Source: an uncultured Candidatus Accumulibacter sp. (GTDB lineage: Bacteria > Pseudomonadota > Gammaproteobacteria > Burkholderiales > Rhodocyclaceae). Taken from it: a DNA stretch of 51,850 nucleotides. Positions 51,275 through 51,850 of this stretch are shown piece by piece. Position 1 is the stretch's first letter; every line of letters starts with the position of its first letter. The notes below the pieces were generated by a model. That model did not search any database, was not told the DNA's origin, and saw only the letters and a list, made by a program, of their open reading frames with translations. The DNA is taken from the NCBI GenBank assembly GCA_964428215.1, contig CAYRXO010000001.1, positions 1-51,850 of the forward strand, given 5' to 3'. The translations under genes were made by a program, and so were the position numbers.

Positions 51275-51850
51275 TTGTTTTCACTTTTCCGTATTCTCAG
51301 TTACTTGCCGCTGGTCTGGCTGCATCGTGCCGGCACGCTGCTCGGCTGGCTGACGTGGTGGCTGTCGCCGACCTACCGCCGTCATCTGCGACAGAACATG
51401 CAGCAGGCACTTGGCATCCGGCAAGCCGCGCAGATTCGCCGCCAAGCGATTGCTGAAGCCGGCAAAAGCATGCTCGAATTGCCGATCATCTGGCTGTGCC
51501 CCTTGTCGGAAACCGCCGGCCGCGTGGTACGCATATCCGGCTGGGAAATCTTTCTCGCTGCCCAACAGCGCCAGCAAGGCATCATTTTCCTGACCGCGCA
51601 TCTCGGCTGCTTCGAGATCACTGCCCAATACCTCTCGACGCACGCCCCGGTGACCGTGCTCTATCGTCCGCCCAAACAGGCCTGGCTGCAAAAGCTGATC
51701 GAAATCGGCCGGGTACGCGAAAAGATGCATATCGCACCGGCCGATCTATCCGGTGTGCGTATCTTGCTGAAAGCGCTCAAACGCGGCGAAGCGGTCGGCA
51801 TGCTGCCCGACCAGGCACCGAGAATCGGCCAGGGCGCGTGGCTGGATTTC
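51275..51850 (+). CDS. LpxL/HtrB-family lipid A / lysophospholipid acyltransferase (partial, runs off the window)
   Basis: Open frame LFSLFRILSYLPLVWLH...TAHLGCFE...LYRPPK...GMLPDQ; not in the ORF track because it has no stop; start inferred at TTG 51275. Confidence 0.88.
   Translation, partial: MFSLFRILSYLPLVWLHRAGTLLGWLTWWLSPTYRRHLRQNMQQALGIRQAAQIRRQAIAEAGKSMLELPIIWLCPLSETAGRVVRISGWEIFLAAQQRQQGIIFLTAHLGCFEITAQYLSTHAPVTVLYRPPKQAWLQKLIEIGRVREKMHIAPADLSGVRILLKALKRGEAVGMLPDQAPRIGQGAWLDF

Overview
A GC-rich betaproteobacterial chromosome segment. Gene content and order suggest Rhodocyclaceae (e.g. Ca. Accumulibacter/Propionivibrio-like), which is an inference. From left to right: a mobile-DNA patch (a truncated IS1634-like transposase plus two 99-bp MITE-like elements with a central IHF-like site); the Pil-Chp chemosensory operon (pilG-pilH-pilI-pilJ-chpA); thiD-thiE-hemL-gdx; a divergent MgtE-N/CorA hybrid and kup pair; a secreted beta-helix protein; alpha/beta hydrolase-cutA-dsbD; a long minus-strand run (fructosamine-kinase-like, large CorA-like membrane protein, APH/P-loop kinase, isochorismatase, DUF1272, EamA, GlxA-type AraC, HhH protein); a YfiR / two hybrid histidine kinases / REC-PAS-GGDEF-EAL signalling cluster; a sigma54-driven DxDxDG-repeat protein; an aldo/keto reductase; umuC, IS4 and IS481 remnants; waaC-waaA; an orphan TRAP solute-binding protein; PBP1A; metK with a sigma70 promoter and SAM-II-type riboswitch; and a partial LpxL-family acyltransferase. 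No rRNA, tRNA or CRISPR array was seen. All family assignments come from motif recognition, not database searches. The most notable items are the twin 99-bp TIR-IHF-TIR elements and a stand-alone CorA-like protein resembling type III CRISPR CorA effectors, flanked by two kinases.
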